A DNA stretch of 64,000 bases from Clostridia bacterium. GTDB lineage: Bacteria; Bacillota; DAOUPZ01. Shown one piece after another: positions 31,884 through 41,806 of this stretch (its first letter is position 1; each line of letters begins with the position of its first letter). The notes below the pieces were generated by a model. The model was not told the origin of the DNA. It was given only the letters and a program-made list of their open reading frames with translations, and did not search any database. The stretch is from NCBI GenBank assembly GCA_030625885.1, contig DAOUPZ010000004.1, forward strand, positions 116,623 to 180,622, given 5' to 3'. Made by a program: the position numbers and the translations under genes.

Positions 31884-31929
31884 TCATTTCACATCCATTC
31901 TACGCTTTATTGTCCACATTGATCCCGGT

Positions 31930-32454
31930 TTATCTTCCAGACCGCGGTAATATTTCATAGAGAAAATGCTCACCTTTCTTTAAAGATACATAGACATATT
32001 TCATATCAACATTCATTTGATATGAAACGCCTGATTGTTCATTCATATATGTTTTAATCGCACCATCCATCTCTGCAAAGTTCCCCCGGCTCATCGCTTC
32101 CTGTAAGTAGATGTTGATTCCATTAAAGATAGGCACTAATTCTTCTCCACGACTATCTTTTAAAATCAACTCATAAGACTTGTCCCCCAATTGCGCCTCC
32201 ACCTGTCTCTCTAATGCAGTATGAATTTGGGGTAATTGTTCTGTCCAATCTAGTTCAACCACGACTTCCAGTTGTTTCTTAGTCGTTAATACTTGAATTT
32301 GTTTAACATCCTTGTTATTCTTTAAAACTTCCGCTAAAGGCTTTGCGATAAAATTCTCTTGATAGACTGTCTTGCCAAAGGTCAAAAGAGCGACTGTAAC
32401 AACCAAAGCCAATATCATAACCCCTAATCTTTTTCCCTTTATTTCCACACGCAT
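31930..32454 (-). CDS. Hypothetical membrane-anchored protein
   Basis: 174 aa ORF with N-terminal TM helix; no family recognised. Confidence 0.35.
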   Translation of the reverse strand: MRVEIKGKRLGVMILALVVTVALLTFGKTVYQENFIAKPLAEVLKNNKDVKQIQVLTTKKQLEVVVELDWTEQLPQIHTALERQVEAQLGDKSYELILKDSRGEELVPIFNGINIYLQEAMSRGNFAEMDGAIKTYMNEQSGVSYQMNVDMKYVYVSLKKGEHFLYEILPRSGR

Positions 32455-32560
32455 TCCCTCCTATTCTTTAATTATATCATATCTTCTGCACACATTAATC
32501 GCGTCAAACGATGTAATGAAAGGATGAAATGGCAAGAAAAAACAGCCTTGTTAAAGGCTG

Positions 32561-33106
32561 TTACTTAATACTTGAAAACAAAAGATGACGCGATTTATAA
32601 AAATAATCTACACCCGATACAATTGTTAAAACAAGCGCAATCCAGATTAAGATCGTTCCCATTGGAATATGAAGGTAATTAAAAGGGAAATCCTTTAATA
32701 TAATTTCCACAATCGCTATAATCTGAAAAACCGTTTTAAATTTCCCTAACTTACTGGCAGCGATCACCACACCTTCTGCTGCAGCAACCATCCGTATCCC
32801 TGAAACGATAAACTCCCTGCCTACAATAACCATCACCACGGGTGCCGTTAATTCTCCCATTTGTACCAGAGAAATAAGTGCACCTGAAATCAACAATTTA
32901 TCTGCTAATGGATCCATAAACTTGCCCAAATTTGTAATTTGATGCCGTGACCGGGCAATATACCCATCTAACCCGTCTGTAGCTGCTGCTAGAATAAAAA
33001 TTCCTGTGGCAATATAGGAACCATACGGTATTTTAATTAATAAAAAAGACATAAAAACTGGAACCAATAAAATACGCACAAATGTAATTCGATTAGCTAA
33101 GTTCAT
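32561..33106 (-). CDS. pgsA: CDP-diacylglycerol--glycerol-3-phosphate 3-phosphatidyltransferase
   Basis: CDP-alcohol phosphatidyltransferase motif DGxxAR...G...D...D (ATDGLDGYIARSRHQITNLGKFMDPLADK). Confidence 0.85.
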   Translation of the reverse strand: MNLANRITFVRILLVPVFMSFLLIKIPYGSYIATGIFILAAATDGLDGYIARSRHQITNLGKFMDPLADKLLISGALISLVQMGELTAPVVMVIVGREFIVSGIRMVAAAEGVVIAASKLGKFKTVFQIIAIVEIILKDFPFNYLHIPMGTILIWIALVLTIVSGVDYFYKSRHLLFSSIK

Positions 33107-34466
33107 TTTCTACAATCTCCCCATACAAATCATATTCATCACACTCTTTTATTTCAACCCATACCATGTCTCCCGATTTTGCTTCCCCTTTTGTCATATA
33201 AATCAGGCCATCTATATCAGGCGCATCACGTTGAGAGCGGCCTACTAGTATTTCTGTATTTTCAGCATCATTTCCTTCCACCAGCACATTTATTTTTCTT
33301 CCCACCCATTCTTTATTCTTAGAACGGGAAATTTCCTGTTGCAGTTGCATGGCTTTATGATAACGTTCTTGTTTGATTTCCTCTTCAATCTGATCTTCCC
33401 GCTCCCCAGCTATTGTGCCTTCTTCTCGAGAATAAGGGAAAACCCCAACTCGATCAAATTTTGTTTCCTCCATAAAATCGAGCAATTCTTGAAAATCATC
33501 TTCCGTTTCCCCGGGAAAGCCAACAATAAACGAAGTGCGCAAACTGACATTGGGAATCGTCTCCCGCAACTTCTGAATAAGCATTTTCGCTTCTTCAGGT
33601 GTACCCTGCCGATTCATTTCCGCCAAAATATGATGGCTGACATGCTGCAGCGGCAAATCAATATAAGAACAAATTTTAGGCGCCTTCCCAATCAATTCAA
33701 TCAACTCGGGTGTAAAACGATTGGGGTAAGAATACAGGAGCCGGATCCATTCCAAATCTTTAATCTTTATGAGTTCTTGTAATAACTCTGTTAACGCGTA
33801 ATGACCATAATAATCAATTCCATAAGCCGTTGTATCTTGGGCAATAAGATTAATTTCCTTTACCCCTTGTTCTACCAAGTGTTTGGCTTCTTCAACAATA
33901 GATGGAATAGAACGGCTGCGAAAGGGCCCCCTCAATTGAGGAATCACACAATAAGCACATCGATTATCACAGCCTTCTGCGATTTTCACATAAGCCGTAT
34001 ACTGAGGTGTTGTTAATATACGCGGATAGGTGTGGTCATAAATAAAAGTAGGATGATTAACATTTACATAACGTTCTCCGGCTAAAACTTTATCCACTGT
34101 GTCTACAATATGGTTGAATTCCCCTGTTCCCACAGCAGCATCAATTTCAGGCATTTCCCTCAATAATTCGTCTTTGTATCTTTGCATTAAACATCCCGTA
34201 ACAATCAGACCCTTGCATTTACCATCCGATTTATATGTATTCATTTCTAAAATCATATCAATGGCTTCTTCTTTGGCAGGACCAATAAAACCACATGTAT
34301 TAACAATAATAATATCTGCTTCACACTCAACACCGGTTATTTGATATCCTGATTCATTCAGTAGACCCAGCATCACTTCTGCATCCACTAAATTTTTAGT
34401 ACATCCTAAAGACACCATAGCAATCTTCGCTGTGTTCTGGGCATTCTTTATTTTATCGTTCATCAT
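33093..34466 (-). CDS. rimO: Ribosomal protein S12 methylthiotransferase RimO
   Basis: MTTase N-domain VSLGCTKNLVDAE, radical-SAM CxxxCxxC (CDNRCAYC), C-terminal TRAM domain. Confidence 0.85.
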   Translation of the reverse strand: MMNDKIKNAQNTAKIAMVSLGCTKNLVDAEVMLGLLNESGYQITGVECEADIIIVNTCGFIGPAKEEAIDMILEMNTYKSDGKCKGLIVTGCLMQRYKDELLREMPEIDAAVGTGEFNHIVDTVDKVLAGERYVNVNHPTFIYDHTYPRILTTPQYTAYVKIAEGCDNRCAYCVIPQLRGPFRSRSIPSIVEEAKHLVEQGVKEINLIAQDTTAYGIDYYGHYALTELLQELIKIKDLEWIRLLYSYPNRFTPELIELIGKAPKICSYIDLPLQHVSHHILAEMNRQGTPEEAKMLIQKLRETIPNVSLRTSFIVGFPGETEDDFQELLDFMEETKFDRVGVFPYSREEGTIAGEREDQIEEEIKQERYHKAMQLQQEISRSKNKEWVGRKINVLVEGNDAENTEILVGRSQRDAPDIDGLIYMTKGEAKSGDMVWVEIKECDEYDLYGEIVENELS

Positions 34467-34550
34467 TGTTTCTTCCCTTCTTTATGCTTTCTCCCATCAT
34501 AATACACCCCTACATAAATGTCAAAAGCCACAGTTCTTCTCTCCTGCAGC

Positions 34551-34916
34551 TTAAAGGTTATCCAATACATCTTTTAATGTTTTAGATACATTTTGTAAAT
34601 GTATCGCTTTTTCTCCCCGCTTAACTTTTTGATGAATCAGTTCTTCTTCCAATTCCATTCTTATTTTTTTAAAGGCTTCTTCTATCATTTGTGGGTTTTC
34701 GGCCAATTTTGGAGATACATAAAACAACACATCCCCCTCTTGGGAATAACGATAGAACCAGATCGGCACAAAAGACATGTGATTTACAATTTCATTAATC
34801 ACTTTTATTGTCTCCCACCCAGTCCCAAATATATTATTAAACTTTACAATAGCAGGTTCAATGATATGATCTTTTAATTGGAAACCCTCAATTAGTTCTA
34901 TCTTTATTTTTACCAT
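34551..34916 (-). CDS. Hypothetical protein
   Basis: 121 aa ORF from internal ATG with strong GGAAGGTG RBS; no family recognised. Confidence 0.4.
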   Translation of the reverse strand: MVKIKIELIEGFQLKDHIIEPAIVKFNNIFGTGWETIKVINEIVNHMSFVPIWFYRYSQEGDVLFYVSPKLAENPQMIEEAFKKIRMELEEELIHQKVKRGEKAIHLQNVSKTLKDVLDNL

Positions 34917-34986
34917 CTTATTCACCTTCCATATCACACATATGAATATTATAAGAAAACCCCGGATAGGAACCGGGGCATAGAAA

Positions 34987-35541
34987 TTACGATTGATTGA
35001 CAGCAGGTGTCATACGTTTAAAAATATCTGTTAACTCATCCCATGACTCTGAAATAGGACGACCTTCAGAAATTCCTGTCGTAACCTTTTTAATTCTAGT
35101 TGTCAAATCAGGATCAGCCGTTATAGATGTGTTTTTAATACGTTGATCCCTCTCTTTTACTGCTTGATCAATTTCGCTCTTAATATCATCTATTTTTTCT
35201 TCGGCTATATCTTTATCTAAACCCACGCCAATCAGAGCTGTATTTCCCAATACAACAACATTTGCTGCTTCTACACCTTCTACATCCGTAGCAGCATCCA
35301 CAGCATTTTCTGCCATATCTTCCATCCTCTCACTGGTTCCTACAGCATTGTCTTGTGCCGTTTCTCCTCCTTCTTTCTGATTATCTGCATCTTCTGCATC
35401 CTGAGTATTTTGTTGCGGGTCAGGATTTGGTGGTTGTTCTTCTGTTTTTGGTGTACATCCTGCAACAACCATTAAGGTTAATATCATTAACCCAACTAAA
35501 AGTAATGCCATTATTCTTATACGTCTAGACAAAAAATTCAT
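34987..35541 (-). CDS. YhcN/YlaJ-family sporulation lipoprotein (inferred)
   Basis: Lipobox LMVVAGC after a positively charged n-region; acidic low-complexity linker; C-terminal VVLGNTALIGV...ITADPD segment typical of YlaJ/YhcN spore lipoproteins. Confidence 0.55.
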   Translation of the reverse strand: MNFLSRRIRIMALLLVGLMILTLMVVAGCTPKTEEQPPNPDPQQNTQDAEDADNQKEGGETAQDNAVGTSERMEDMAENAVDAATDVEGVEAANVVVLGNTALIGVGLDKDIAEEKIDDIKSEIDQAVKERDQRIKNTSITADPDLTTRIKKVTTGISEGRPISESWDELTDIFKRMTPAVNQS

Positions 35542-35649
35542 CCCCTTTTTATAATTATCTATGATTAGTATTGCTAAAAAGGTGTTTTTTTATGAGTATA
35601 AGAAATAAAAAATAGTCCAACATATACGTTAGACTATCTCTGCTGCTCC

Positions 35650-36498
35650 CTAATTATTGACCCTATAAATCTTATCGGTTGTTTCACCCGATTTTCCAGC
35701 AACACCTTGATCTTTTCCATTAAACATAATACGCGCTGCACCCGCATTACCAAACCTAATTTTTACGTAGCTAATCCCTTTCCAGGTCTTCTTTTCTCCT
35801 GCTTTTAACAATCCTGTAAAAACAACGCGTTCATCTTCCTGTGCTTTTACCCAGCACTCACCTGTAAATTCAACTTGCACTTCAGCACCCTGGAATGCAG
35901 GTTCTTCAACAGGCTCAGGAGAAAGATCCCCTGTGCTCGGAGGACGTTGTGTCTGTCCTTGTTCCGACGGTGGTAATTGAGCTTCGCCATATGGATGAAT
36001 GGCTTTATCCCTTTGTACAATCCAAACAGCTGCCAAAATAATCCCCAAAATCGCAACTGAAATGATTAAATAAGATTTTCTAAAACCCGAAGACTTTTTA
36101 GGTAAAGAAATTTTTTTGGATGATAATGCAGGTTTCTTTTCCTGTTTTTCATGTAGATTATTTTGCTCCAATGCTAATGATTTTTCTGTTTCTTCACTAG
36201 AATATGCTATGCGATAATCTTCAAGTAACTTTTTCTCATCAATGCCTAAAAATTGCGCATAACTACTTAAGAATATCCGGGTATAGCTTTCTCCTGGAAG
36301 GAGTGAAAATTTTTCTTCTTCCATCGCCTCTAGATACTTACACCGAATATTAGTTTGTTCTTCAACCTCTCTTAAACTGACACCTTTAGCTTCTCGTGCT
36401 TTTCTAAGCCTCTGCCCAACTGATAATTCAGCCTGCTTCTTGCTGCTATTATCAGTTTTACTTTCTTGTCCTTCGTTGAAATTTTCTACGGAAACCAA
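35650..36498 (-). CDS. RodZ-like membrane protein (XRE-type HTH + TM + C-terminal DUF4115-like)
   Basis: N-terminal HTH LSVGQRLRKAREAKGVSLREVEEQTNIRCKYLEAME, single TM, C-terminal beta-rich domain; sits upstream of the pgsA-cinA region as rodZ does in Bacillus. Confidence 0.6.
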   Translation of the reverse strand: MVSVENFNEGQESKTDNSSKKQAELSVGQRLRKAREAKGVSLREVEEQTNIRCKYLEAMEEEKFSLLPGESYTRIFLSSYAQFLGIDEKKLLEDYRIAYSSEETEKSLALEQNNLHEKQEKKPALSSKKISLPKKSSGFRKSYLIISVAILGIILAAVWIVQRDKAIHPYGEAQLPPSEQGQTQRPPSTGDLSPEPVEEPAFQGAEVQVEFTGECWVKAQEDERVVFTGLLKAGEKKTWKGISYVKIRFGNAGAARIMFNGKDQGVAGKSGETTDKIYRVNN

Positions 36499-36540
36499 AG
36501 TTCTCCTCCTTTCTACACCTCTCTAAATAGTAATAGTCTC

Positions 36541-36843
36541 TTAATCTTCCCCTTCTTTCATGCGATTAAGAATCAACAAATAGCCATCAGCACCATAATT
36601 AAGACAACGTTTTACCCGACTAACCGTTGCCGTACTTGCCCCTGTTTTCTCTACAATTTCGTTATATGTATGTTCTCCCTGTAGCATCCTAGCTACTTGA
36701 AGACGTTGAGCCATCGATTTTATCTCACTGATTGTACATAAATCTTCAAAAAATTGGTAACATTCTTCATTATTTTTCAATAATAACATGGCGTTAAATA
36801 ACTGATCAACTTCTGGATCCTTCAGCTTTTCATTAATACTCAA
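36541..36843 (-). CDS. YerC/YecD-family TrpR-like protein
   Basis: 100 aa; LCTISEIKSMAQRLQVARMLQGEHTYNEIVEKTGASTATVSRVKRCL matches the TrpR-related YerC/YecD family. Confidence 0.7.
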   Translation of the reverse strand: MSINEKLKDPEVDQLFNAMLLLKNNEECYQFFEDLCTISEIKSMAQRLQVARMLQGEHTYNEIVEKTGASTATVSRVKRCLNYGADGYLLILNRMKEGED

Positions 36844-37098
36844 AATTATACACCTCCAAAATTATTATTGGACATTATCATAAATTTATCCTTCTTTATA
36901 GTAAAAATGTTTATATTAATAAAAAATATGTACTATTTCTTATTAATAATTCAGGAATATAAAGCAAAAATAGAATTCCCAAAAATGATTACAGTAATAT
37001 CAAAAATTATAATTTAACCCTTAAATACTTGTATATTTTATTATTAATGAACCATAATAAGTTTTGATTGGAACTCACCCTAATAAGGAGGTTTTTCT

Positions 37099-37467
37099 AT
37101 GGAAAAAACAACGGTTGCCGTATTTTCCCATTTTGATTATGCAAACCAAGCACTAAAAAAACTAAAGGAAGAAAATATTTCTGAAGATCATATTCACTTT
37201 ATAAATAAAGATATTCCTGATAGAAATATTGTAGATCCCTTCTTAAAAACCACACAACTCATGGAAAAATATCATATTCCGGATATCAAAATTGAATACT
37301 ACAATATCATGTTAAAAACCGGCCATTACGTCATTGCAGTAGAATCAAGCAGTGAAAAAAACCCTCCTATAGAATCTTTATTTCAACACGCTGATTGTGA
37401 AAGTATAGAGTCATATGCTTCTATTCGCCAGGGGTATGAGTCATCTACCAGCAGCATATTAATGTAA
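37099..37467 (+). CDS. Hypothetical protein (possibly general-stress YflT-like)
   Basis: 122 aa ORF with AAGGAGG RBS 8 nt upstream; weak resemblance to heat-induced stress proteins. Confidence 0.4.
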   Translation: MEKTTVAVFSHFDYANQALKKLKEENISEDHIHFINKDIPDRNIVDPFLKTTQLMEKYHIPDIKIEYYNIMLKTGHYVIAVESSSEKNPPIESLFQHADCESIESYASIRQGYESSTSSILM

Positions 37468-37518
37468 GAAAAACGGCGATTCGCCATTTTTCAGCGGAAA
37501 GGGGAAAGGCGAAAAACA

Positions 37519-37556
37519 GTAAGCAGCAGGTAGATCTACCTGCTGCTTACTGTTTT
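37519..37556. terminator. Bidirectional rho-independent terminator
   Basis: Perfect 16-bp palindrome cagtaagcagcaggtag atc ctacctgctgcttactg followed by ttttttat; lies between convergent genes 37099-37467(+) and sleB(-). Confidence 0.6.
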
Positions 37557-37559
37557 TTA

Positions 37560-38462
37560 TCATCTTGCAAATACATGATTACCAATTCGTCTGACAACAG
37601 GTCGAGTATAAATCCAGGGTGTTTGAACACCTAATGGATTATAGAAATACAACGAGTCATAAGAAGGATCCCATCCAGCAATGGCTTCTTGTGCTGCTTT
37701 ATAAGCCGTTTGATTAGGTGCATAATTAATTTGTCCATTCATTACCGGTTCAAATTGCCACTTCTGATAGATCACGCCAGCAATCGTATTAGGAAATTGA
37801 GCGCTCTCCACACGATTCAACACCACAGCAGCAACAGCAACCTGTCCCTCATATATTTCTCCCCGCGCTTCACCATATACCAAATGTGCCAATAGATCTA
37901 TATCACGACGAGAATAATCACCACGTGAGCTTACTGGTGATACCCTGGGAACTGAACGTCGCATTTCATTTTTAGTTTTAGCACCGACCACCCCATCAAC
38001 TTCCAAACGGTGAATCTTCTGGTAATTTTTTACAGCTTGGAAAGTTTCTTGTCCAAACTTTCCATCAATCAAATTAATGTTGTATTTTAAATCTTTCAAA
38101 ACTTTTTGTAGTGCCGCAATATCAGCCCCTTGCGTTCCCAAAACAAGCTTACGATCATTATAAATTTCCTGATAATCAACAAAATCAAATACACCATCAA
38201 CATTAAGATGATGATTACCTTCAAACTGCGTGACTACCTGATGTGTCTGATCGCCATAAATTCCGTCTATAGTGCCTACATGATACTTTCTTTGTTGCAA
38301 TATATATTGCAACTGACTCACATCCGACCCCCTCATCCCCTTTTGCAACGTTCTGCTGCCTAAAACAGCCCCTTGTGCTTGAGCATAAGGTATAAATAGA
38401 ATCCATACAAAAACAAGAATGATAACAGCTAACGAGCTCTGTATCTTCGATATTTTCTTCAT
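37560..38462 (-). CDS. sleB: Spore cortex-lytic enzyme SleB-like (two PG-binding domains + hydrolase_2 domain)
   Basis: C-terminal LVYGEARGE...VAAVVLNRV...YQKWQFEPV hydrolase_2 signature and two peptidoglycan-binding repeats; start at ATG with GGGAGGGAGGAG RBS. Confidence 0.75.
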   Translation of the reverse strand: MKKISKIQSSLAVIILVFVWILFIPYAQAQGAVLGSRTLQKGMRGSDVSQLQYILQQRKYHVGTIDGIYGDQTHQVVTQFEGNHHLNVDGVFDFVDYQEIYNDRKLVLGTQGADIAALQKVLKDLKYNINLIDGKFGQETFQAVKNYQKIHRLEVDGVVGAKTKNEMRRSVPRVSPVSSRGDYSRRDIDLLAHLVYGEARGEIYEGQVAVAAVVLNRVESAQFPNTIAGVIYQKWQFEPVMNGQINYAPNQTAYKAAQEAIAGWDPSYDSLYFYNPLGVQTPWIYTRPVVRRIGNHVFAR

Positions 38463-38736
38463 CTTTTCTCCTCCCTCCCAAAACAAAAGCTCATATCGAA
38501 ATATATGAGCTTAGTAAAATTATAAGGGAAAAAGAAAAAAAGGACAAAAACGCTAGTCCTTTTAATTACTTACTGAGCATCGTTTTGTAGTTAACATAAT
38601 GCCGATGCACGCCTATCTATATTTTTCTGCACGAATACAGTATGATGGGGCTTTATCCCCCTAATGGATAAGTTTAACGTATTTTTTTATGAGACAATAG
38701 GTACAGCTCTCTAATCTCGTAGAAGGGTATATCCAA

Positions 38737-39318
38737 TTATACTTCGGTATTGGGCAACTCAAGCTGAGAACCTGAATCAGCCCTTTTTATATCCTCAATA
38801 TCGTTATTTTTCTCAGGCAAACCCTCCAAACTATTAAGACCAAAACTTTGCAAAAATAATGGCGTTGTGACATATAAAATGGGACGTCCGATGGTTTCCT
38901 TACGTCCAGCTTCCTCAATTAACCCCCGTTCTGATAAGTTAGAAACCGCTTTATCTGCACGCACACCTCGAATTGCCTCGATCTCCACCTTGGTAACTGG
39001 CTGACGATAAGCAATAATAGCCAATGTCTCCAAACTCGCTTGAGAAAGTGCCATGGTTTTGCTTTCTTGTTGTGCAAGTTCAGTCAAATAAGATGAAAAT
39101 TGCGATTTTGTTACCAGTTGGAACCCACCGGCAACTTCCCTAATTTGTAATGCACGTGTTTCATCTTCATTAAATTGTTCTTGCATCTGGTAAAGTAATT
39201 GTTTTGTCCTTTCGTTGTCAACCTCTAAAACGGATGCTATTTTATCACAAGAAACGGGCTCACTTACAGTAAAAAGTATCGCCTCAATAATCCCCTGTTG
39301 ATTTGTTTCTTTATTCAT
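38737..39318 (-). CDS. scpB: Segregation and condensation protein B
   Basis: IEAILFTVSEPVSCDKIASVL and LETLAIIAYRQPVTKVEIEAIRGV tandem winged-helix ScpB signature. Confidence 0.85.
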   Translation of the reverse strand: MNKETNQQGIIEAILFTVSEPVSCDKIASVLEVDNERTKQLLYQMQEQFNEDETRALQIREVAGGFQLVTKSQFSSYLTELAQQESKTMALSQASLETLAIIAYRQPVTKVEIEAIRGVRADKAVSNLSERGLIEEAGRKETIGRPILYVTTPLFLQSFGLNSLEGLPEKNNDIEDIKRADSGSQLELPNTEV

Positions 39319-39330
39319 ACGATCCTCTTT

Positions 39331-40068
39331 CTAACCTGCAGTCTGCAATAAAATGGGTTCAAATATTTCTTCCTGTAAAACTTTAATCTCCTGCAATCGA
39401 ATCAATTCCAACAATGCTAAAAAAGTTACCACCCGATCTATTCGAGTCGTATGACTATTAAATATTTCTGTAAAATAGATTCCATCGGGTTGTTCTTCAA
39501 TTAAATGCCGCAGGTCAAGCATTTTTTTTCTTACTGTTACCTTTTCTTGACGGATTTCCTCCACACGCTGCGTCTCATCTAAACGTTTTAATACCTGCTC
39601 CAAGGAATTAAAAAGCTGCGAGACACTCACATTCACAAGCGGCTGAGGCTGTGTAGGCGAATAAGCTAAAAGATCATTAACTGAACGCGTAAATATTTTC
39701 CTTTCTTCAGCACCTAAATCTTGCAGCTCACCTGCCAATTGTTTATACTTACGATAAGTCATCAATCGCTCAACCAATGCTTCTCGAGGATCATCCGCTA
39801 TTATTTCTTCTTCCATTTCCTCTTCGGAAACCATGATGACAGGCAATAACATTCTGGCCTTTATTTCCATCAACGTAGCAGCCATAACCAAAAACTGTCC
39901 GCCTACCTCCAAATCCAAATCCTGCATCGCCTCAATATAACTAAGATACTCATTGGTAATCCTGGCGATCGGTATATCATAAATATCAATTTGATCTTTT
40001 TCAATAAGGTGAAAAAGCAAATCAAAAGGCCCTTCAAATACAGGAAGTTTTATTAAATATGCCATCAT
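39331..40068 (-). CDS. scpA: Segregation and condensation protein A
   Basis: FEGPFDLLFHLIEKDQIDIYDIPIARIT kleisin N-terminus; 245 aa; adjacent scpB. Confidence 0.85.
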   Translation of the reverse strand: MMAYLIKLPVFEGPFDLLFHLIEKDQIDIYDIPIARITNEYLSYIEAMQDLDLEVGGQFLVMAATLMEIKARMLLPVIMVSEEEMEEEIIADDPREALVERLMTYRKYKQLAGELQDLGAEERKIFTRSVNDLLAYSPTQPQPLVNVSVSQLFNSLEQVLKRLDETQRVEEIRQEKVTVRKKMLDLRHLIEEQPDGIYFTEIFNSHTTRIDRVVTFLALLELIRLQEIKVLQEEIFEPILLQTAG

Positions 40069-40076
40069 TTCACCTA

Positions 40077-41066
40077 CTATAACAACCCAATCGCATCGCG
40101 AACCTGCTGCATGGTCTCTTGTGCCGTCTTACGTGCCCGCTTAGCGCCTTCTTCTAAAATATCGTCTACTAAATGTAAATCTTTTTCTAATTCAACCCGT
40201 TTTTCTCTAACATGTGCCAGCGAATCCACTAAAGTTTGTGCCATTTTTTTCTTGCAGGCAACACAACCGATTTCCCCAGCTTTACAAGCCGCCTCAACTT
40301 CTGCAACATTTTCCGGATCAAAAATCTTCTTAAACGCATATACCGTACAAACATCCGGATGTCCGGGATCGGTCTTTTTGATGCGGTCAGGATCGGTTAC
40401 CATTGTTTTTACTTTCTCTCTTATTTCTTCTTCAGAAGCAGACATCGGAATATAGTTCCCATAACTTTTACTCATTTTTCGTCCATCTACACCGGGCAAC
40501 ATCGGCGTTTTAGAAAGTATTTCCTTAGGAATAGGAAACACTTCACCATACAGATAATTAAAGCGGCGGCCAATTTCCCGACAAAGCTCAATATGAGGCA
40601 ACTGATCCTCTCCAACCGGTACAATAGTAGAACGATAAAGCAGGATATCCGCAGCCATTAAAACGGGATAGCCTAAAAAACCATACGTTGAAATATCTTT
40701 GTTTTGCAACTGTTTCATTTGATCCTTATAGGTTGGGCATCTTTCTAACCATCCCAAAGGTGTTAACATCGATAGTAACAAATGAAGTTCCGCATGTTCT
40801 TTGACCTGGGATTGTACAAAAACAGGACTCTTCTGGGGATCAATACCTGCACTAATCCAGTCAATCGTCATCTGCCGGATATTATTTCGAATCTGGGAAG
40901 GATCCTCGTAAGCCGTCGTCATCGCATGCCAATCCACGACACTAAAATAACATTCATATTCATCCTGTAATTTAACCCAATTGCTTAAAGCTCCTAACAT
41001 ATTCCCTAAATGAGGCCTGTCCGCAGTCGGTCTCATACCACTAAAAATACGACCCTTTGAATTCAT
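40077..41066 (-). CDS. trpS: Tryptophan--tRNA ligase
   Basis: Class I HIGH-like PHLGN and KMSKS motifs; 329 aa. Confidence 0.9.
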   Translation of the reverse strand: MNSKGRIFSGMRPTADRPHLGNMLGALSNWVKLQDEYECYFSVVDWHAMTTAYEDPSQIRNNIRQMTIDWISAGIDPQKSPVFVQSQVKEHAELHLLLSMLTPLGWLERCPTYKDQMKQLQNKDISTYGFLGYPVLMAADILLYRSTIVPVGEDQLPHIELCREIGRRFNYLYGEVFPIPKEILSKTPMLPGVDGRKMSKSYGNYIPMSASEEEIREKVKTMVTDPDRIKKTDPGHPDVCTVYAFKKIFDPENVAEVEAACKAGEIGCVACKKKMAQTLVDSLAHVREKRVELEKDLHLVDDILEEGAKRARKTAQETMQQVRDAIGLL

Positions 41067-41158
41067 TACACTCAGCTCCTTAATTAATTGATGTTATATG
41101 GTGAAAATCATAACATTTCTAGTCTTCCCTACCTCCTACCTGCTGCAGCCGCAGGCTG

Positions 41159-41797
41159 CTAAAATATCCTCGTTCCCAGTATAAACCACGATACCAAGTT
41201 CGCTAAAGGAAATAAGATGCGATCAATGATATTAAAGTAGATTAATACAATTAAAATTAAAAACCCATAACGTTCTATTTCTAAATAACGTAATCTTAAA
41301 TGAGCCGGCAGAAGACCTGCCAATATTTTTGATCCATCTAAGGGTGGAATAGGGATCATATTAAAAACGGCCAGTACAATATTGTATAAAATAACCATGA
41401 TCATAAACCTTGTAAGCCACGGATATTGATATAATACCATACTTAGCTTTTCACTAAAAGGTGCCAACCGCACAGGTAAAGCAAAAAGCGCAGCAACAAT
41501 CAAATTGGCCAAAGGACCGCCTATACTGGAAAGAACCATTCCTTTTTGAGGATTCTCAAAATTGCGGGGATTAATCGGTACCGGTTTGGCCCAGCCAAAT
41601 TTAAAAACCAGCAGCATAATGGCACCAATAGGATCTAAATGTTTTAACGGGTTGAGACTCAAACGACCCACCATCTTAGCCGTCGGATCACCCAGACGAT
41701 AAGCCACATACCCATGAGAAAATTCATGGATCGTAATAGCAATCAATAATGCGGGTATACTCGTCAATAATTCTGTCAAATCAGGTAAACTAATCAT
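41159..41797 (-). CDS. Site-2 protease family (M50) zinc metalloprotease
   Basis: HEFSH zinc-binding motif in a polytopic membrane protein with a downstream LDG-like motif. Confidence 0.7.
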   Translation of the reverse strand: MISLPDLTELLTSIPALLIAITIHEFSHGYVAYRLGDPTAKMVGRLSLNPLKHLDPIGAIMLLVFKFGWAKPVPINPRNFENPQKGMVLSSIGGPLANLIVAALFALPVRLAPFSEKLSMVLYQYPWLTRFMIMVILYNIVLAVFNMIPIPPLDGSKILAGLLPAHLRLRYLEIERYGFLILIVLIYFNIIDRILFPLANLVSWFILGTRIF

Positions 41798-41806
41798 TTA
41801 ATTTAA

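Noticed and set aside
41067-41158. T-box riboswitch upstream of trpS
   Set aside because: The intergenic space is only ~90 bp, far shorter than a T-box leader, and is occupied by a short hairpin/word repeat; trpS may be co-transcribed with the M50 protease gene.
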